Assembly: GCA_950097015.1 (NCBI GenBank)
Contig: CATNEN010000008.1
Location: forward strand, 4,526,001-4,590,000
DNA from: Macrostomum hystrix
Taxonomy: Eukaryota; Animalia; Platyhelminthes
DNA: 64,000 nt
Reading direction: 5' to 3'
Position 1 is the first letter of the stretch. Each line of letters opens with the position of its first letter. The position numbers and the translations under genes were made by a program. The notes under the pieces were generated by a model. It saw only the letters and a program-made list of their open reading frames with translations. It ran no database searches and was not told where the DNA came from. Of the stretch, positions 63,097 through 64,000 are shown piece by piece.

Positions 63097-64000
63097 GGGA
63101 CAAAAGTGCACCGTTCACGCCGGGTCCCTGAACACCTGGAGCAAGCTCCAGGGGACAAATTGCTCTACCACCCAGACAAGCTTCCGCAACAACCACCGGA
63201 CACTTCCATTACAATCACCTGCCGAGGGGGACGAACTACACCTCGTGCTGCGCCTCCGCGGTGGCGAGGCGCCCCAAGCCAGCCGCAACGGCATCAAAGC
63301 CTGCTCCACGGAGTTGGCCGCGTGGCTCCACCGTCACAAACCAGCAGCGGGTCTCCTGCAGGAAACCAAGCTCAAGCCGGGGCAAACCTACCACCCACCG
63401 GAAGGGTACTGCGTCGCCGCACGTTGCGATGGACTACCCAAGCCGGACCTGCCCCAGCCACCTACTACACCGGACCAATCACTACCGTCAGACCAGCCAA
63501 GCAGCATTGCCCCAGAAGCCGTGCACAGGCGCCAGCAAACCCGCCCACGGTGCCGCCTTCCGTGGCCGGACGGCAGGGCAACTGAGTGGTGTGCAGGCTG
63601 CCGCTCAGGCCGCTCGGCCTGCAACCGCCGCAACAAGCCGTGGCCGACCACGCGGCCCACACCGGTGTCACAGCAGCAGCCCGAACGCCAAACCGCCACC
63701 CGCCGCAACACACAACCAGGCGCAAGTGCGGGGAGGTGGGCACCCTCGTTCTGATCCGCTGCGACATCCCGTGCCAAGAGACACCAAAACCGGACGATAG
63801 CTCCCGCGGCCACCTCGACATTGCTACGACCATAATCTCGCCTAGAAAGGACCACGACATCATGCTCTCGTCGGTCTACGCACCACCAACCAGTGCCCAA
63901 CGCCAGGACAACTGGCAACCGCCACTCCACCTAATCCCGCAACACCACCGTTCGGTAATCAGAGGGGACTTTAACGGGCACGGAACCTGGAACGCAGACG
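63095..64000 (+). mobile_element. 5' part of a non-LTR retrotransposon ORF: ubiquitin-like tail plus APE/EEP endonuclease, one frameshift; continues beyond the window
   Basis: NGIK..EL..WL...LLQETKL...GY..ARCD in one frame; GTLVLIR, LSSVYAPP (63865-63888) and IRGDFNGHGTW (63958-63990) in the -1 frame. Confidence 0.8.

Overview
Eukaryotic (metazoan) genomic DNA with spliced GT-AG genes, GC3-rich exons and AT-rich non-coding DNA. About 40% of the window (my rough sum is ~26 kb) is tandem micro/minisatellite, mostly inside introns. This composition resembles the flatworm Macrostomum (inference only). Manual translation supports: the last exon of flotillin-1 (+); a complete 12-exon anosmin-1/KAL-1 gene (+, 12191-37472, ~814 aa, with a GPI-like C-terminal tail); a 2-exon mitochondrial ISCU (-); a 5-exon BTB-BACK-Kelch gene (-, ~650 aa); a 6-exon SMPD4-like gene (-, ~839 aa); an orphan two-TM ORF (+); and the 3' exons of an unidentified gene (-). 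There are two tRNA-derived SINE families. At the right edge is a non-LTR retrotransposon AP-endonuclease preceded in frame by a ubiquitin-type C-terminus (RTL-x10[10 protein letters not shown]), which is the most unusual feature. Several distant minisatellites are related to each other or share an AGAATC core. Most long ORFs in the supplied track are translations of repeats. No CRISPR, rRNA or intact tRNA was seen.
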